A DNA stretch of 64,000 bases from Alphaproteobacteria bacterium (GCA_965261975.1 CBDHEC010000024.1:1-64000), one strand, 5' to 3'; positions 52,369 to 61,970 are shown, counted from the stretch's first letter. Numbers and translations: made by a program. The notes: generated from the sequence alone by a model not told the origin.

Positions 52369-53121
52369 TCAGGCCGCGCGTTTTGGATCGGGCAGCAGCT
52401 GGTCGTGGCGAAAGGAGAACAGCCCCGCCCGGCCGATCAGATAGACCTTGAACCGGGACGCCAGGAGTCCGGCGATTGCCGGCTCCCGCGCGTTCAACCC
52501 CCCGGCATAGGCCCCGAAGGCCGGCAGGATCAGGCGCCGCCCGTCGGTCGCGAAACAGCGCCCGGAAATCCGGCGGCCCCGCACCCGCACGGCGGCCTTG
52601 GGGTGGTAGTGGCCACAGACCTCCGCCACGGGAATCCCGTTCGCATTGTTTTCCGCCACATCATGGCAAAGGCGAAGATCGCCGATCCGCAGCTCGTCCA
52701 CCGCGGTACCACCCAATGCGGCGGGCGGTTCGGGGTCGTGATTTCCCGCAATCCAGATCCAGTCCTGCTTCTCCACCAGTCGGGAGAGTCGTTGTCGGTC
52801 ACTCTCGGCCATGCGGGCCTCACCGGCGAGGTCATGCAACGTGTCGCCGAGGCAGATCACACGCGCCGGCTGCAGCCGGGCAACGACCCGCTCCAAGCGG
52901 GCCAGCGTCTCGGCGGTGTCATAGGGCGGCAGCAGGCCCTGCCCGCGCGCGGCATAGGCCGAGCCCTTCTCGAAATGCAGGTCGGCCACCAGCAGATCAC
53001 CGCTGTCGCGCAACCAGACAGCGCCCGAATGATCGAGGACGATAGACTGTCCGCCGAGCTTCTCTACGACAGCGGTCGTGGGTCTGGTCTTTGTCCCGGG
53101 CGGCATTGGTATTTGAATCAC
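52369..53121 (-). CDS. pdeM: Ligase-associated DNA damage response metallophosphoesterase/endonuclease (PdeM/MPE)
   Basis: ADLHFEKG, LPPYDT, GDTLHD, GNHD, GHYHP and PAFGAYAGG motifs; start may be ATG 53106. Confidence 0.88.
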   Translation of the reverse strand: MIQIPMPPGTKTRPTTAVVEKLGGQSIVLDHSGAVWLRDSGDLLVADLHFEKGSAYAARGQGLLPPYDTAETLARLERVVARLQPARVICLGDTLHDLAGEARMAESDRQRLSRLVEKQDWIWIAGNHDPEPPAALGGTAVDELRIGDLRLCHDVAENNANGIPVAEVCGHYHPKAAVRVRGRRISGRCFATDGRRLILPAFGAYAGGLNAREPAIAGLLASRFKVYLIGRAGLFSFRHDQLLPDPKRAA

Positions 53122-53207
53122 TCCAGAGAGTGTTGCGGAGCTTCGTTCTCTGGACGCATGCTAGGGTCGAGACCCGAACACAACATTCATTCGGAAGGCA
53201 GTAAAGC

Positions 53208-53972
53208 ATGTGTTGGTACATGATTCGCCGACTATCAAGGTGGTGTGCGCTCGCTTGCACAACTTTGATGTTCGCCGTCGTCGCTCCGCACACGCCAACA
53301 GCGAAGGCCGAAACCAATCACTACTTCGTCGTGCTCGACGGCACGTGGCTCGCCACCGACTTCGTCTGGTCCGAGATCGAGACCGTATGGCTCGTCGCAG
53401 CAACGATCAAAATCGCAAAAGCCCCACCGCAGAAACTGACCGGACCGGAGATGTTCGCAGCCTTTTGTGCGGAGATCCTGCGCGCGCGCCCGGGCGCACC
53501 AGCCTCGCCCAACAAGGACAACGAAATATTCCGCGTCGACATCAACATCAATGACGCCAATGGCCGGCCGATCACCAAAGTACCCGCACCCATTTCTGTA
53601 AAACAGGGCAAGTGTCAGATCACAGACGGGAACGACAGATTGCTGCCCACCTATCCGGGAAAGCTACAAGGCTGGCAGCTGGCGAATGGCAATGTCCGGC
53701 GAAACGGCGAATCCCACCGCCGGACCATACTTTTTGTGCCGTCCCGGGAGTCTAACGTCAAAGTCGCCGATTTCGATATGGCGCTAGCGTGCAATGCGAC
53801 ACTGAAAGACCCGACCGTCCAGACGCTGCAGAGCAACTTCGAACAAAGGCTCCGGAACGTTACGGTCGAACCGAACATCGTCACGATTTACGCCAAGGAG
53901 CGCGCGACGAAGGGCGTGTATGCACAAATGACCTTCGATACGTCAGATGGGACCTGCGTCGAGTTGAAATAG
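53208..53972 (+). CDS. Secreted hypothetical protein with two Cys-bracketed repeats
   Basis: Signal peptide ending AKA-ET; visibly more A/T-rich than its neighbours; opposite strand to the flanking genes. Confidence 0.7.
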   Translation: MCWYMIRRLSRWCALACTTLMFAVVAPHTPTAKAETNHYFVVLDGTWLATDFVWSEIETVWLVAATIKIAKAPPQKLTGPEMFAAFCAEILRARPGAPASPNKDNEIFRVDININDANGRPITKVPAPISVKQGKCQITDGNDRLLPTYPGKLQGWQLANGNVRRNGESHRRTILFVPSRESNVKVADFDMALACNATLKDPTVQTLQSNFEQRLRNVTVEPNIVTIYAKERATKGVYAQMTFDTSDGTCVELK

Positions 53973-53997
53973 TCCGACCGCCGGCCTGCTCCGCCAC

Positions 53998-56454
53998 CTA
54001 GGCGGCATCGAAACCAAGCTCCTTCGTTCCCACATTCTCCATGGCCTCGGAGATCAGGTCCTCAGCCTGCTCACCAAGTAGTTCGTCAATCGCCGCGCCA
54101 TAGACACTCTCGCGGCCGATCTCGAGCAGGATGGGCACGGCCAGCGGCGAGACCCGGTCCAGGTGGCGGTGGGTGATGCGTCCGCGCACCCGGGCCAGCA
54201 TGTCCGACAGGCGGCGCACGTCGGTCAGGCCCGAGCCCGCATCCGCGCGGGTCGCACGCAGCAGGATGTGGTTGGGCTCGTGGGAGCGCAGCACGTCGTA
54301 GATCAGGTCCGAGTTGAAGGTCACCTGGCGGCGGGTCTTCTCCTCACCCGGGTGGCGGCGCTGGATCAGCCCGGCGATCACCGCGACGTTGCGGAAGGTG
54401 CGCTTGAGCATGGAGGATTCCGCCATCCACGCCTCCAGGTCGTCGCCCAGCATGTCCTCGTCGAACAGGGCGTCGAGGTCGGCGGCCTCGCAGGACTTGG
54501 TGCTCCACACGCCGATCACATAGTCCGTCGCCACGAAACCGAGCGGCCCCAGCCCGGCCCGCTCCATGCGCCGGGTCAGCAGCATGCCCAGGGTCTGGTG
54601 GGCGTTGCGCCCCTCGAAGCAATAGGCGACCAGGTAATGCTTGTTGGCGCGCGGAAACGTCTCGACCAGCAGCCCGTCGCGCGATGGCAGCACCGAGCGC
54701 CAACGCTGCACATCGAGCCAGTTGGAGACCTGCTCGGGCAAGTCCGCCCAGGTCTTGGGGTCCGACAGGATCATGCGCACCCGGTCGGCCAGGTGGGTCG
54801 ACAGCGGGAAGCGGCCGCCCACATAGGCCGGCACCGCCGGGGCATCGCCCTTGCCCGGCCGGGTGATGACGCTGGTCTCGCGCACCTCGACGAATTCCAG
54901 CAGCCGGCCCGAAAAAACGAAGGTATCGCCGGCGGTCAGGTGGTTGACGAAGCTCTCCTCCACCTCGCCCAGAACCCGGCCCCGGCCAAGCCGGACCTTG
55001 AGCGTCGGCGCTTCGACGATCGTGCCCACGTTCATCCGGTAATCACGCATCGCCGCCTTGGTCGCGATCTCGTAGGTCCCGTTCGATGTGCGGAACAGCC
55101 GCTGAAACTTCTTGTAGCCGCCCAGCGCATAGCCGCCCGTAGCGACGAACTCGAACACGTCGTCGAAATCCTCGCGTGACAGCTCCATATACGGCCCGGC
55201 GGTTCGCACCTGCTCATAAAGTGCTTCGCGGTCGACCGGCCCGGCGCAGGCCGTCCCCAGGACGTGCTGGGCCAGCACGTCGAGCCCGCCAGGGCGGGCG
55301 GGAAGACCATCGAGGGTATGCGCGCGCACCGCGTCGACCGCCGCGCGGCACTCCAGCACCTCGAACCGGTTGGCCGGCACCAGCACCGCCCGGCTCGGGC
55401 TGTCCAGCCGGTGATTGGAACGCCCCACACGCTGCAACAGCCGCGTCGAGCCCTTGGGTGCCCCCACCTGGAGCACCAGGTCAACCGCCGCCCAGTCCAC
55501 CCCCAGGTCGAGCGACGACGTCGCCACGACGGCGTCCAGATCACCCCGCGCCATCGCCGCCTCGACCTTGCGGCGCTGCTCGGGCGCCAGGCTTCCATGA
55601 TGCAGCGCGATGCGCAGGTCATCCTCGTTCATCCGCCAGAGCTCCTGGAAGATGATCTCCGCTTGGGCGCGGGTGTTCACGAAGACGATGGTCGTGCCCG
55701 CATCGCGCAGCTGATCATAGATTTCCGGAATGGCATGGGTGCCCATATGCCCCGACCAGGGCATCTCGACGGCGCTCTCCAGCACCTCGATCCGCGGTTC
55801 CGCACCGCTTTCGCCCAGGACCAGCGACACGTCGTCGACGTCACGGGTCGGCGACAGCCAACGCCGCAGCCGGTCGGGTTCCGCCACCGTCGCGCTCAGG
55901 CCGACCCGGCGCGCGTTGGGGGCCAAGTCCGTCAGGCGGGACAGGCCCAGCGCCAGAAGATCGCCGCGCTTGTTATCCTCCAGCGCATGTAGTTCATCGA
56001 CGATCACGCAACGCAGGTTCGCAAAAATTTCCGGTGCGTCCTCGTAGGACAGCAGCAGGGCCAGGCTTTCGGGCGTGGTCATCAGCATCTGCGGCGGCGT
56101 TCGGCGCTGGCGCTGGCGTTTCGACTGCGGGGTATCGCCGGTGCGGGTCTCGGCCCGGATCGGAAGGTTCATTTCCGCGATGGGCAGCTCGAGATTGCGG
56201 TGGATGTCCACGGCCAGCGCCTTCAGCGGCGAGATATACAGCGTGTGCAGGCCGTCGGGCGGCGGATCGGCGGTGATCAGGTCGACCAGGCTCGGCAGGA
56301 AGCCGGCGAGGGTCTTGCCGCCGCCGGTGGGCGCGATCAGCAGCGCCGAGCACCCGGCTGCCGCGGCGTCGAGCATCGCCAGCTGGTGGGGGTGCGGCGC
56401 CCAGCCGCGGGCGGCGAACCAGTCGGCGAGCGCGGGCGGCAGCTTGTTACACAT
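53998..56454 (-). CDS. Ligase-associated DEXH helicase (Lhr-Core family)
   Basis: APTGGGKT, YISPLKAL, TTPESL, DELH, GLSATV, HHGSL, TSSLDLGVD and QRVGRSNH motifs. Confidence 0.92.
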   Translation of the reverse strand: MCNKLPPALADWFAARGWAPHPHQLAMLDAAAAGCSALLIAPTGGGKTLAGFLPSLVDLITADPPPDGLHTLYISPLKALAVDIHRNLELPIAEMNLPIRAETRTGDTPQSKRQRQRRTPPQMLMTTPESLALLLSYEDAPEIFANLRCVIVDELHALEDNKRGDLLALGLSRLTDLAPNARRVGLSATVAEPDRLRRWLSPTRDVDDVSLVLGESGAEPRIEVLESAVEMPWSGHMGTHAIPEIYDQLRDAGTTIVFVNTRAQAEIIFQELWRMNEDDLRIALHHGSLAPEQRRKVEAAMARGDLDAVVATSSLDLGVDWAAVDLVLQVGAPKGSTRLLQRVGRSNHRLDSPSRAVLVPANRFEVLECRAAVDAVRAHTLDGLPARPGGLDVLAQHVLGTACAGPVDREALYEQVRTAGPYMELSREDFDDVFEFVATGGYALGGYKKFQRLFRTSNGTYEIATKAAMRDYRMNVGTIVEAPTLKVRLGRGRVLGEVEESFVNHLTAGDTFVFSGRLLEFVEVRETSVITRPGKGDAPAVPAYVGGRFPLSTHLADRVRMILSDPKTWADLPEQVSNWLDVQRWRSVLPSRDGLLVETFPRANKHYLVAYCFEGRNAHQTLGMLLTRRMERAGLGPLGFVATDYVIGVWSTKSCEAADLDALFDEDMLGDDLEAWMAESSMLKRTFRNVAVIAGLIQRRHPGEEKTRRQVTFNSDLIYDVLRSHEPNHILLRATRADAGSGLTDVRRLSDMLARVRGRITHRHLDRVSPLAVPILLEIGRESVYGAAIDELLGEQAEDLISEAMENVGTKELGFDAA

Positions 56455-56487
56455 GAGTCAGCCCGGAATCGCCGTGTCGCATCCGTC

Positions 56488-56895
56488 TCAGCCGAACGCC
56501 CGGCGCAGATCCGCACAGCGCGCGTCCAGCGCGTCGCCCCCGTAGGCCTCGGCCGGGACCACGCCCCAGATCGAGTTCGGCCATGCCGCGTCGGTCGTAA
56601 AGCGCGCGACCACATGGATATGCAGCTGGGGCACCATGTTGCCCAGCGCCGCGACGTTGACCTTGTCGGGCGCGAACAGATCCACAAGCGCCTCGCTGGC
56701 CCGGCTGATCTCGCGGCCCGCCGTGACCATGTCGTCGGGCGAGAGGTCATGGAAATCGCGCAGATCAGGGCGCGCGGGTACCAGCACCAGCCAGGGATAG
56801 TTGGCGTCGTTGAGCAACAGCACCTCGCATAGCGGCCAAGTTGCGACGGGGACGGTATCGGCGGCAAGCTGGGGGTGGAGTTCGAAGTCGGGCAT
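56488..56895 (-). CDS. HIT family nucleotide hydrolase
   Basis: FELHPQLAADT, DANYPWLVLVP and GNMVPQLHIHVVAR (Q-x-H-x-H variant) motifs. Confidence 0.88.
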   Translation of the reverse strand: MPDFELHPQLAADTVPVATWPLCEVLLLNDANYPWLVLVPARPDLRDFHDLSPDDMVTAGREISRASEALVDLFAPDKVNVAALGNMVPQLHIHVVARFTTDAAWPNSIWGVVPAEAYGGDALDARCADLRRAFG

Positions 56896-56902
56896 GACAC
56901 GC

Positions 56903-56917
56903 GTTCTTTTCGGGTTC
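56903..56917. promoter_or_regulatory. Alphaproteobacterial LexA (SOS) box
   Basis: GTTC-TTTTCGG-GTTC, an exact GTTC-N7-GTTC, between a minus-strand TAGACT -10 (56928-56933) and the HIT ATG. Confidence 0.7.
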
Positions 56918-57019
56918 GGGGCTCGACAGTCTAGCGCGATCCGCTTGCCGCCTCACCCGGCTAGTGCAGACGGGCCGCCTGGTGCAAACTCGAACGGCCA
57001 AATCGAAGAGAGAAACGTC

Positions 57020-58015
57020 ATGAAAGCCGCCTGGTATGAAGAACTCGGCCCCGCCCGTGAGGTCCTGACGTTCGGTGAGATGGACTCCCCCGATCCGGGC
57101 CCCGGCGAGGTGCGCGTAAAGCTCCACGCGTCGGGCGTGAACCCGGCCGACGTGAAGCGCCGGGGGCTGGGCACCTACGGGATGGAGCATCCGCGCATCA
57201 TCCCCAACAGCGACGGCGCGGGGGTCATCGACGCGCTGGGCGACGGGGTGACGGGCCTGGCGGCCGGACAGCGCGTCTGGCTGTTCAACGGCCAGCGGCA
57301 GGGCCGCGCGTTCGGCACTGCGGCGGAATACATCACCCTCGCGTCGTGGCTTGTGGCCCCGCTGCCCGACGGTCTCAGCTTCGACGAAGGGGCATGCCTG
57401 GGCATCCCCTGCATGACCGGCCATCACAATGTGTTCTCCGACGGGCCGGTTGCCGGCAAGACGGTCCTGGTCACCGGCGGCGCGGGCGCGGTCGGCCACT
57501 ACGCCGTGCAATGGGCGAACTGGGGTGGCGCGACGGTGATTGCAACGGTCAGCTCGGACGCGAAGGCCGCTCACGCGATCGCCGGCGGCGCGCATCACAC
57601 GATCAATTATCGCGACCCCGGCGCGGCCGACCAGATCCTGGAACTGACGGACGGCAACGGTGTTGGCCGAATTGTCGAGGTCGATCTGGCCGCAAATCTC
57701 GATCTGACGTCCAAAGTCCTTGCCACCGGCGGCACGATCTCGGTCTACGCCACCACGGGCGATCCGAAGAATCTCATGCTGCGCATGGCGCTGCGCAACG
57801 CGATCATCCGGTTCATGGTCCTCCACAGCGTACCGCGCACGGCAATCGATGCCGCGCGCGCCGACATCGTCAAATGGCTGGCCGAGGGGCACGGGCTGCA
57901 TACGATCGCCCGGACCTTCCCGCTGGACCAATGCGTGGCGGCCCATGAGTTCGTGGAATCGGGCGACAAGCTGGGTACGGTGGTTGTCAGGCCCGCCGAA
58001 TGGAACAGAAGCTGA
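57020..58015 (+). CDS. NADPH:quinone reductase (zeta-crystallin-like MDR)
   Basis: ASGVNPADVK, IIPNSDGAG, GTAAEY and VTGGAGAVG motifs. Confidence 0.9.
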   Translation: MKAAWYEELGPAREVLTFGEMDSPDPGPGEVRVKLHASGVNPADVKRRGLGTYGMEHPRIIPNSDGAGVIDALGDGVTGLAAGQRVWLFNGQRQGRAFGTAAEYITLASWLVAPLPDGLSFDEGACLGIPCMTGHHNVFSDGPVAGKTVLVTGGAGAVGHYAVQWANWGGATVIATVSSDAKAAHAIAGGAHHTINYRDPGAADQILELTDGNGVGRIVEVDLAANLDLTSKVLATGGTISVYATTGDPKNLMLRMALRNAIIRFMVLHSVPRTAIDAARADIVKWLAEGHGLHTIARTFPLDQCVAAHEFVESGDKLGTVVVRPAEWNRS

Positions 58016-58029
58016 GCAAGGAACATGGT

Positions 58030-58731
58030 ATGTCGACGAAGATCACGCGTTCCGAATGGGCGGTACTGGCAGCGACACTGGCCTATATAGCAGGGTTCGC
58101 TGCGGTATTTCTGTCGACGGGAAACCGCGAATTCCTCTGGTACATCATCACGCTGCTGATACTTGTCGCGCTTGTCGGCGTCGGCCAGCGCAAGGCGGCC
58201 TTTCCTCCGGCGATACTCTGGTCACTTTCCCTGTGGGGTTTCCTCCACATGGCCGGCGGCGGGACCCCGGTCGGTGAAACCGTGCTCTACGGCCATGTGA
58301 TCATGCCGATCCTCCAGGCCGGCGAGATCGTGATGCTGCGCTATGACCAACTGGTCCATTTCTATGGCTTCGGCATCACCGCCTGGCTGCTTTGGCATCT
58401 GCTGCGGCGGCATTTCCCGGAGATGAACGGCAGCGCGAGCATCTATGTATTCGCCGTGCTCGGCAGCATGGGCCTCGGGGCGGTGAATGAGATCATCGAG
58501 TTTGCAGCCGTCATCATGTTTCCCCAGACCAACGTCGGCGGCTATGTGAACACCGCACTCGACCTCGTCTTCAATGAGATCATCGAGTTTGCAGCCGTCA
58601 TCATGTTTCCCCAGACCAACGTCGGCGGCTATGTGAACACCGCACTCGACCTCGTCTTCAACGCCGCGGGCGCCATCACGGCCATGATCGTCGCGGCGAT
58701 CGTCGCCCCGACACCTGCAAATTCCGCATAG
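58030..58731 (+). CDS. DUF2238-like integral membrane protein with internal duplication
   Basis: Multiple TM helices; LHMAGG, YDQLVHF, NEIIEF and NTALDL motifs. Confidence 0.7.
   Translation: MSTKITRSEWAVLAATLAYIAGFAAVFLSTGNREFLWYIITLLILVALVGVGQRKAAFPPAILWSLSLWGFLHMAGGGTPVGETVLYGHVIMPILQAGEIVMLRYDQLVHFYGFGITAWLLWHLLRRHFPEMNGSASIYVFAVLGSMGLGAVNEIIEFAAVIMFPQTNVGGYVNTALDLVFNEIIEFAAVIMFPQTNVGGYVNTALDLVFNAAGAITAMIVAAIVAPTPANSA
58486..58659 (+). repeat. Exact 87-bp tandem duplication (2 copies)
   Basis: 58486-58572 is identical to 58573-58659; encodes NEIIEFAAVIMFPQTNVGGYVNTALDLVF twice. Confidence 0.97.
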
Positions 58732-58864
58732 GGTTCTGCCAACGCCGGCAAACACACCGGATGGGTTGCCAAACACTCACGGTTTTGTGACATAAAGAAC
58801 CAAGTGGGGAGGCACCGGAATCACGGGTGCCAATGACACCCGCAGTCTTTGCGGAGGTTTTACG

Positions 58865-59803
58865 TTGAGTATTGTTTTCGAAGGGGGCGCCAACGCCATC
58901 ACGGGCGACGGCAGACGACGAGGGTTCGTCGGTTACACGCTGACATTTCTGCTCTGGCCAGGCATCCTCGCCGCTTGTCTCTACGGTACCTGGCTCGGCT
59001 TCGAGGCCGGCCATTCCGCGATCTATTTCAACATCACCTACCTGTTGCTGGCGCTCTGCCTGTTCACGCTCGAACGCATACTACCCCATGAGCGCAACTG
59101 GCTGGCAAATGACGGCCAGATCGGCCCGGACCTCGCTCACACGCTCCTGAACAAGGGCTTCGCCCAGGTCCTCGTCGTGGTTGGCGTGACCATCGGGATC
59201 GCAGAGGTCGCGGCCAGCAAGGGCGGCGGTTTCTGGCCCGGCGACTGGCCGTTGGCGCTGCAGATCATCCTCGGCATGGTCATCGCCGAGGCCGGCATGT
59301 ACACGGCCCATCGCGTCGCCCATGAATGGTCACTGCTCTGGCGCTTCCACGCCGTCCACCATAGTGCCCCGCGACTGTGGTTCTTCAACACCGGACGCTT
59401 TCATGTGGTCGACACGGTGGCCAGCATCCTGCTGAGCCAGCCGCTGCTTTTTCTCGCCGGCGCGCCGTCCGAAGTCTTCATCTGGGTGAACTCGATCACC
59501 GCTTTCATCGGCATGCTGACCCACTGCAATATCGAGATGCGGTTCGGCCCGTTGAACTATGTGTTCAACACACCCGCGGTGCATCGCTGGCACCATTCGC
59601 GCATTCCCGCCGAAGGCAACAGCAACTACGGCGAGAACCTGATGCTGTACGATGTTCTCCTGCGGACATTCTACTGCCCTGACCGGCGCCCGCCCGCCGA
59701 CATCGGGATCGACGGCCCCATGCCCACCAGCTTCGCGGGCCAGGTCGCACAACCCTTCCGGCGCAACCAGGCAGCGGTCCCGTCCACACCGGACGACAAG
59801 TAA
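58865..59803 (+). CDS. Fatty acid hydroxylase/sterol desaturase family protein (possibly OlsE-like)
   Basis: His boxes HRVAH, HAVHH, THCN and HRWHH; TM helices; TTG start after GGAGG. Confidence 0.85.
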   Translation: MSIVFEGGANAITGDGRRRGFVGYTLTFLLWPGILAACLYGTWLGFEAGHSAIYFNITYLLLALCLFTLERILPHERNWLANDGQIGPDLAHTLLNKGFAQVLVVVGVTIGIAEVAASKGGGFWPGDWPLALQIILGMVIAEAGMYTAHRVAHEWSLLWRFHAVHHSAPRLWFFNTGRFHVVDTVASILLSQPLLFLAGAPSEVFIWVNSITAFIGMLTHCNIEMRFGPLNYVFNTPAVHRWHHSRIPAEGNSNYGENLMLYDVLLRTFYCPDRRPPADIGIDGPMPTSFAGQVAQPFRRNQAAVPSTPDDK

Positions 59804-59857
59804 CCCGTTTCACGCGGCATCATGGACCGCGACACGCCGCCCGATTCTTGCGCGATG

Positions 59858-61108
59858 TCACCGCCGGTCCGGGCGATAGATCAGCATCCAGGCGAAGGCC
59901 GAGACCTGCAGGGCGAGGGCCACGCCGAACGCTGCGCGATATCCCATTACTGAATAGGCGCCGTCGGCGGCCACGGGCCAGAGGTTGATCACCTCACCCA
60001 TGCCCCATTGCAGGGCGAACGCCGCCCCGAAGATCAGCAGGTTCTGGGCCGTGCTGGCCCGACCCGCCAGCTCGGGCGGAAACATGCGCGCGAGGACGGA
60101 GAACATGACCACGCCGGTGGTCCCGGTCGCACCGAAGATGAACCAGAGAAAGCCCGGCGCGGACGTCCACTCGAACAGCACCAACAGCTGGACCAGGATA
60201 AACATCGCCATGCCACCCGCCGCGGTCACCAGCGGCGGAATGTTTCGCCGCGCCAATCGCTCGGCGACAAGTCCCACGACCACGTTGCCGAGCACGAAGC
60301 CCGCAGCACCGGCCAGCAGGGTAAAGCTGACCGTCCAGGAATCCAGACCTGCGATGTCGCGCAACCACGGCCCCGCCCACAATGTCTGGATGGCGAGGAA
60401 GCCGCCCTGGGACAGGGCGGCCAGCGGTGCGACCCGCCAGAACAAGCCGCTGCGGTAGATGGAGACCATGCCCGAAATACGCGATGCCATGGGCTCCGAC
60501 GCCCCGGCGCGTTCGCGTTCGGGCGCCACGAACCAGATCGCCACCGCGACCACGAGGGTGGCCAGCGCCAGCGCGACGAAGCCGTAACGCCAGCCGACCT
60601 CGGACACGAGCGCCTCCGTCGGCGCCGTCGCGACCATGGCCCCCAGCCCGCCGAAGGCGACGATCAAGCCATTCATGAAAGGCAGCTTGTCGCCGGGGAA
60701 CCACTCGCTCATCGCCTTGAAGGCCCCCATCAGGCAGGCCGCGACACCGAGCCCGATCAGGGCGCGGCCCAGCACCAGGCCCCACAACCCCTCGCCGATC
60801 GAGAACAGGAAGGCCCCGATGGCGGCGACCAGCAGCAGCGCGGTCACGACCCGGCGCGGGCCGTGGCTGTCGAGATAAATGCCGACCGGGATCTGGGCCG
60901 CGGCGAAGGCGATGAAGTAGGCGCTGGTGAGCATGCCCAGCTGGCCCGGTGACAACGACATCTCGAGCGCCAGGTCGGGACCGATCACCGCGTTCACGGT
61001 GCGGTAAAGATAGGAAAAGAAGTAGCCCAGCGCGAAGGGCAGGAAGATCACCGCAAACAAGCGCACGGTGGGCGGCCGGTCGCCCGCCCGGGTCTGGATA
61101 TCTGCCAT
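59858..61108 (-). CDS. MFS transporter
   Basis: GYFFSYLYRTVNAV, LDSHGPRRV (motif A), GRALIGLG and WFP motifs. Confidence 0.88.
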   Translation of the reverse strand: MADIQTRAGDRPPTVRLFAVIFLPFALGYFFSYLYRTVNAVIGPDLALEMSLSPGQLGMLTSAYFIAFAAAQIPVGIYLDSHGPRRVVTALLLVAAIGAFLFSIGEGLWGLVLGRALIGLGVAACLMGAFKAMSEWFPGDKLPFMNGLIVAFGGLGAMVATAPTEALVSEVGWRYGFVALALATLVVAVAIWFVAPERERAGASEPMASRISGMVSIYRSGLFWRVAPLAALSQGGFLAIQTLWAGPWLRDIAGLDSWTVSFTLLAGAAGFVLGNVVVGLVAERLARRNIPPLVTAAGGMAMFILVQLLVLFEWTSAPGFLWFIFGATGTTGVVMFSVLARMFPPELAGRASTAQNLLIFGAAFALQWGMGEVINLWPVAADGAYSVMGYRAAFGVALALQVSAFAWMLIYRPDRR

Positions 61109-61888
61109 CTAGCTGCCGCGAAACTTGGGCTTTTCGCGCGCCTTGAACGCGTTGTACCCGATCATGTAGTCCTCGCTGTCGGCATAATCGAACTGGGCCT
61201 CGAGCTCGGCCCGGCTCAGGGGCCGCGGATCGGCCAGCCGCGCGAGCGCGGCCCGGTGATAGCGGTGGGACAGCGGCGCGCCGTCGGCGATCCGCCGCGC
61301 GGCCTTCATGACCTCGTCTTCCAGCTCGGCATCGGGCACGACCCGGGTCAACAGGTTCTTCGTCAATGCCTCATCGGCCGAAATGGCCCGGCCCTCAAGC
61401 AGGATCTCGGCGGCCACGGCGCGACCGCCGGCATCGACCAGATACTGGACCAGGTGGTAGCCGAGGAAGAGCCCGATATTCTTGGCCGGGACACCGAACC
61501 GGCCCGACTCGCCCGAGATACGCAGATCGGCTGCCAGCGCCAGCTCAAAACCGCCGCCGATGCAAAACCCATGGATCATCGCGATGACCGGGTGGCGTGA
61601 ATTACGCACGCCCAGGAAGGCACGGTCGGTGGCGGCCTCATAGGCCTTCACCTTCTTTCGGTCGGATCGCTCGGCCTCGAAATTGGTGATGTCCGCGCCG
61701 GCACAGAACGCCTCCTCGCCCGCACCGCGCAGGATGATGCAACGCACATCATCGTCCTCACCCAGCGCATCGATGGCGTCGCCCACGGCGACCCAGTCTT
61801 CCTGGCGCAGCGCGTTGCGCTTCTCGGTGCGGTGAAGGGACACGATGGCGATATCGTCGCGGCGCTCGACCTTAACGGTGTCGGACAT
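61109..61888 (-). CDS. Enoyl-CoA hydratase/isomerase family protein
   Basis: KRNAL, AFCAGADI, CIGGGFELALAADLR and KPKFRG motifs. Confidence 0.9.
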   Translation of the reverse strand: MSDTVKVERRDDIAIVSLHRTEKRNALRQEDWVAVGDAIDALGEDDDVRCIILRGAGEEAFCAGADITNFEAERSDRKKVKAYEAATDRAFLGVRNSRHPVIAMIHGFCIGGGFELALAADLRISGESGRFGVPAKNIGLFLGYHLVQYLVDAGGRAVAAEILLEGRAISADEALTKNLLTRVVPDAELEDEVMKAARRIADGAPLSHRYHRAALARLADPRPLSRAELEAQFDYADSEDYMIGYNAFKAREKPKFRGS

Positions 61889-61970
61889 GGGGTTCTCACT
61901 TTTTGAGGGCAACTGCCCGGCGAACGGGCCCGTAGTATCGCGCAATTCAAGCCGGGTTGCGAGGCACGCG

